From the NCBI GenBank assembly GCA_014905635.1, contig CM026547.1, forward strand, positions 930,001-994,000: 64,000 nucleotides of DNA. The letters run 5' to 3'. Of this stretch, positions 61,568-64,000 are shown in pieces (within the stretch, counting starts at the first letter, position 1; each line of letters begins with the position of its first letter). The translations under genes and the position numbers were made by a program. The notes under the pieces were generated by a model. That model searched no databases. It saw only the letters and a program-made list of their open reading frames with translations, and was not told where the DNA came from. The DNA is from Scenedesmus sp. PABB004 (Eukaryota).

Positions 61568-64000
61568 TCACGGGCCCTGCAGGAGCCGGTCGACCGCGGC
61601 GTTGACGTTGCCGCCGGTGGCCTGCAGCGCGCGGATGTTGGCCTCCTGGTCGAAGAAGCCCATGTCCTGCGCCCGGCCGGCAGCGAGCGGCGGCGCGCGT
61701 GGGCAGGCGAGCGCGCGCAGGCGCGGCGCCGTATTGCCGGACGGCGGCGGCGGGCCCCCGAGGCGCCGCACCTGCAGCTGCTGTATCTGCGACGCGTACG
61801 CCGTCGCGGGGTCGGCCACGGGCGGGGGCGCGCCAAAGCCGCCGAGGCCGCCGAGGCCGCCGCCCATCTGCATCGCGTTGAGCATGCCCATGAGCCCCTC
61901 CATGCCCGCGCCCGGCGCGCCGCCGGCGCCGCCGGCGCCGCCCATGCCCGACAGCAGCGACGCCAGCATCGCGGGGTTGACCCCCGCCGCGCCGGCCGCG
62001 CCGCCGCCCGCGCCCGCACCCGCGCCGGCGCCGCCCTGCGTGGCACGCCGCGCGTCAGCAGCGCGCTGGCGACGCTGCGCCCCCGCCGCGGCGCCCCCGC
62101 CACCGGCCGCGCGCCGCGCGCCCGCCGCGCCCGCACCGCGCCGCCGCCCTGCGAGGTGAGGCCCATGGTCATGCGCATGAACTCGGGGTTTAGCATCATG
62201 CGCAGCATCTCGGGGTTGGCCATCGCCTCGCGCACGCCGGGCATCGCCGACAGCATGCTGTTGAGCTGCGGGTTGCTGCCCGCAATCATGTCCATGACGC
62301 CCTGCCAGGCCGCGGCGAGGATGCCCACGCGCCGCGCGCGCGCACGTGAGCGCTCGCGCCCGCGCGCCGCCGCCCGCGCGCCGCCCGCGGCGCCGCAGCG
62401 GCCCGCGCTGCTGCGCCGCCGCGCTGCTGCGCCGCCGCGCCGCGAGCCGCGCGCACCGGCTGGCTCATCATCGCGACCATGCTCTCCCGCACGCTCGGGT
62501 CCTCCAGCATGCGCGCCGTGAGCTCGCCCATGCCGCCGGGGCCGCCGAGGCCGGCGCCGCCCGGCGGCATCGCGCCGCCCAGCAGCGCCGAGAGGTCGGG
62601 CAGCCCGCCGGCGCCGCCGGCGCCGCCGCCGCCGCCAGCGCTCGCCGCCGGCGCCGCCCAGGGGTTGGGCAGCGGCTGCGAGCCCGGCTGGTCCCCGCCG
62701 CCGCCGCTGGTGCTGGTGCCGGTGCCCGCGGCCGCGGCGCCGCCCGCGCCGCCCGCGGCCGCGCCGCCGCCCGCCGCCTGCAGTAAGCTCGCGTAGGGGT
62801 TGGCGGCCCCCGCGCCCGCGCCCGGCGCGGCGGCATTGAGCAGCGGCTCCTGCACGTTCTGGTATAGCTGGCGCAGCGCGTTGAAGCCGCCGGGCAGCGC
62901 CTCGATGTTGCTGATCGCGCGGTCGTTGTTGCGCATGTACTCGCGCATCAGGTTCTGCACGCAGCGCGCCGCGCAGCGCCGCGCAGCACAGCGCGCCCAG
63001 CGCGCTCAGCGCGGCGGCGGGGCCGCTCCGCCCGGCGCGGCGCGGCGCGGCGCGGCGCGGCGCATGTGCGTGTGCGCTGCGGCAGCTCTGTCGCTCACTG
63101 GGTTTGAGATGAGGTTCATGCTGTCCCGCAGCAGCTCGGGGTTGTTCAGCAGCTGCGCCATCTGCGGGTCGCGGTCCATCAGCTGCGCGGGCGAGAGCGG
63201 GCGCGAGTGTCATCGCCAGGGGGGCGCGGCCGCCGCGCGCGGGCGGCGCGGCCGCGGCGGGCGCGCCGCACGTCTCGCAGCGCCGGGTTCATCTGCAGCA
63301 TGCTGCGCAGCATCTCCGGGTTGTTCAGCAGCTGCTGCATCAGCGGGCTCTGCATCATCTGCTGCATCGCTGCCGGGTCCATGAAGCCCTGCCGGGCGGC
63401 GGCGGCGGCCGCGGCAGCGGCGTGGGCGGCAGCCAGCCAGCCGGGCGCGCGCGCGGGGGCGCGCCGCTGCCGCCCGCCCCGCGCGGCGCCGCTGCGCGCC
63501 GGCGCGCGCTCACCCCGAGCGGGTGCGGCAGCGCGCCGGCGCCGCCGCCGGCGCCGCCTGCCGCCGCTGCTGCGGCGGGCGCCGGCGCGCCCGAGGCCGA
63601 GGCGCCGCCGGAGCTGCTGCTGCGGCGGGTGCGGCGGTGTGAGGGCGCGCGTGGCGCGCAGCAGCGGCGCCGCTGCTCTTTCGGCGCGCGGCGGCGCGCG
63701 GCGCGGCCCGCTGCGTCTGGCGCCCACCTCTGGCCGCCCGCGGAGGGCTTGCCGCGCACGAGGTGCAGCACGTGGTCGTTGGCGATACCTGCATGGACAG
63801 GTGCCGGCCTGAGAACGCCATCCCGGCCTCGCCGCGGCGCCGTGCGCGCGCCTGCTCACCGTAGCTCTCCACCGTGCGCTCGTCGCGCAGGATCTGGCCC
63901 TTGTAGATGAGGCGCTGGTCCTCCGCGGCGATGCCGCAGCCGGACGCGGCGAGGGCCTCCTTCACCTCGCGCACCGTCGCGCCCGGCTCCACGCTGCGCT
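61568..64000 (-). CDS. DSK2: Ubiquilin/DSK2 ubiquitin receptor (UBL-STI1-UBA); 5' end outside the window
   Basis: [39 protein letters not shown]1 LLNNPEMLR and [69 protein letters not shown]. Confidence 0.96.

Overview
Eukaryotic nuclear DNA: extremely GC-rich, gene-dense, with many short spliceosomal introns and TGTAA poly(A) signals. This points to a chlorophyte green alga, probably Sphaeropleales/Selenastraceae (inference). Most long six-frame ORFs are GC-driven shadows, so I rebuilt the spliced genes by hand. About 18 protein genes, in order: V-ATPase subunit H (3' end), RR-TZF CCCH zinc finger, plastid VOC/glyoxalase, THADA/Trm732, membrane-anchored U-box/ARM, ARC3-like (no MORN), B3+chromodomain protein, small SILK/RVxW/CaaX protein, ABCD half-transporter, coiled-coil protein, ANKRD13-like, a DNA-PKcs-N-terminus-like fragment, aldo-keto reductase, frameshifted secreted Ala-rich protein, HhH-GPD glycosylase, Cys-rich secreted protein, partial-CCT protein, Tmc-like multi-PAS membrane protein, and DSK2 (5' end outside the window). 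Best leads: (1) three box C/D snoRNA candidates with non-canonical boxes in a THADA intron; (2) a ~565-bp inverted duplication of a promoter plus start codon bracketing one gene; (3) a DNA-PKcs-like N-terminal gene piece ending at a dangling splice donor; (4) a B3-chromodomain fusion; (5) about 18 GC-AG introns, all following an exonic AG. All family assignments are by-eye motif recognition; no searches were run.
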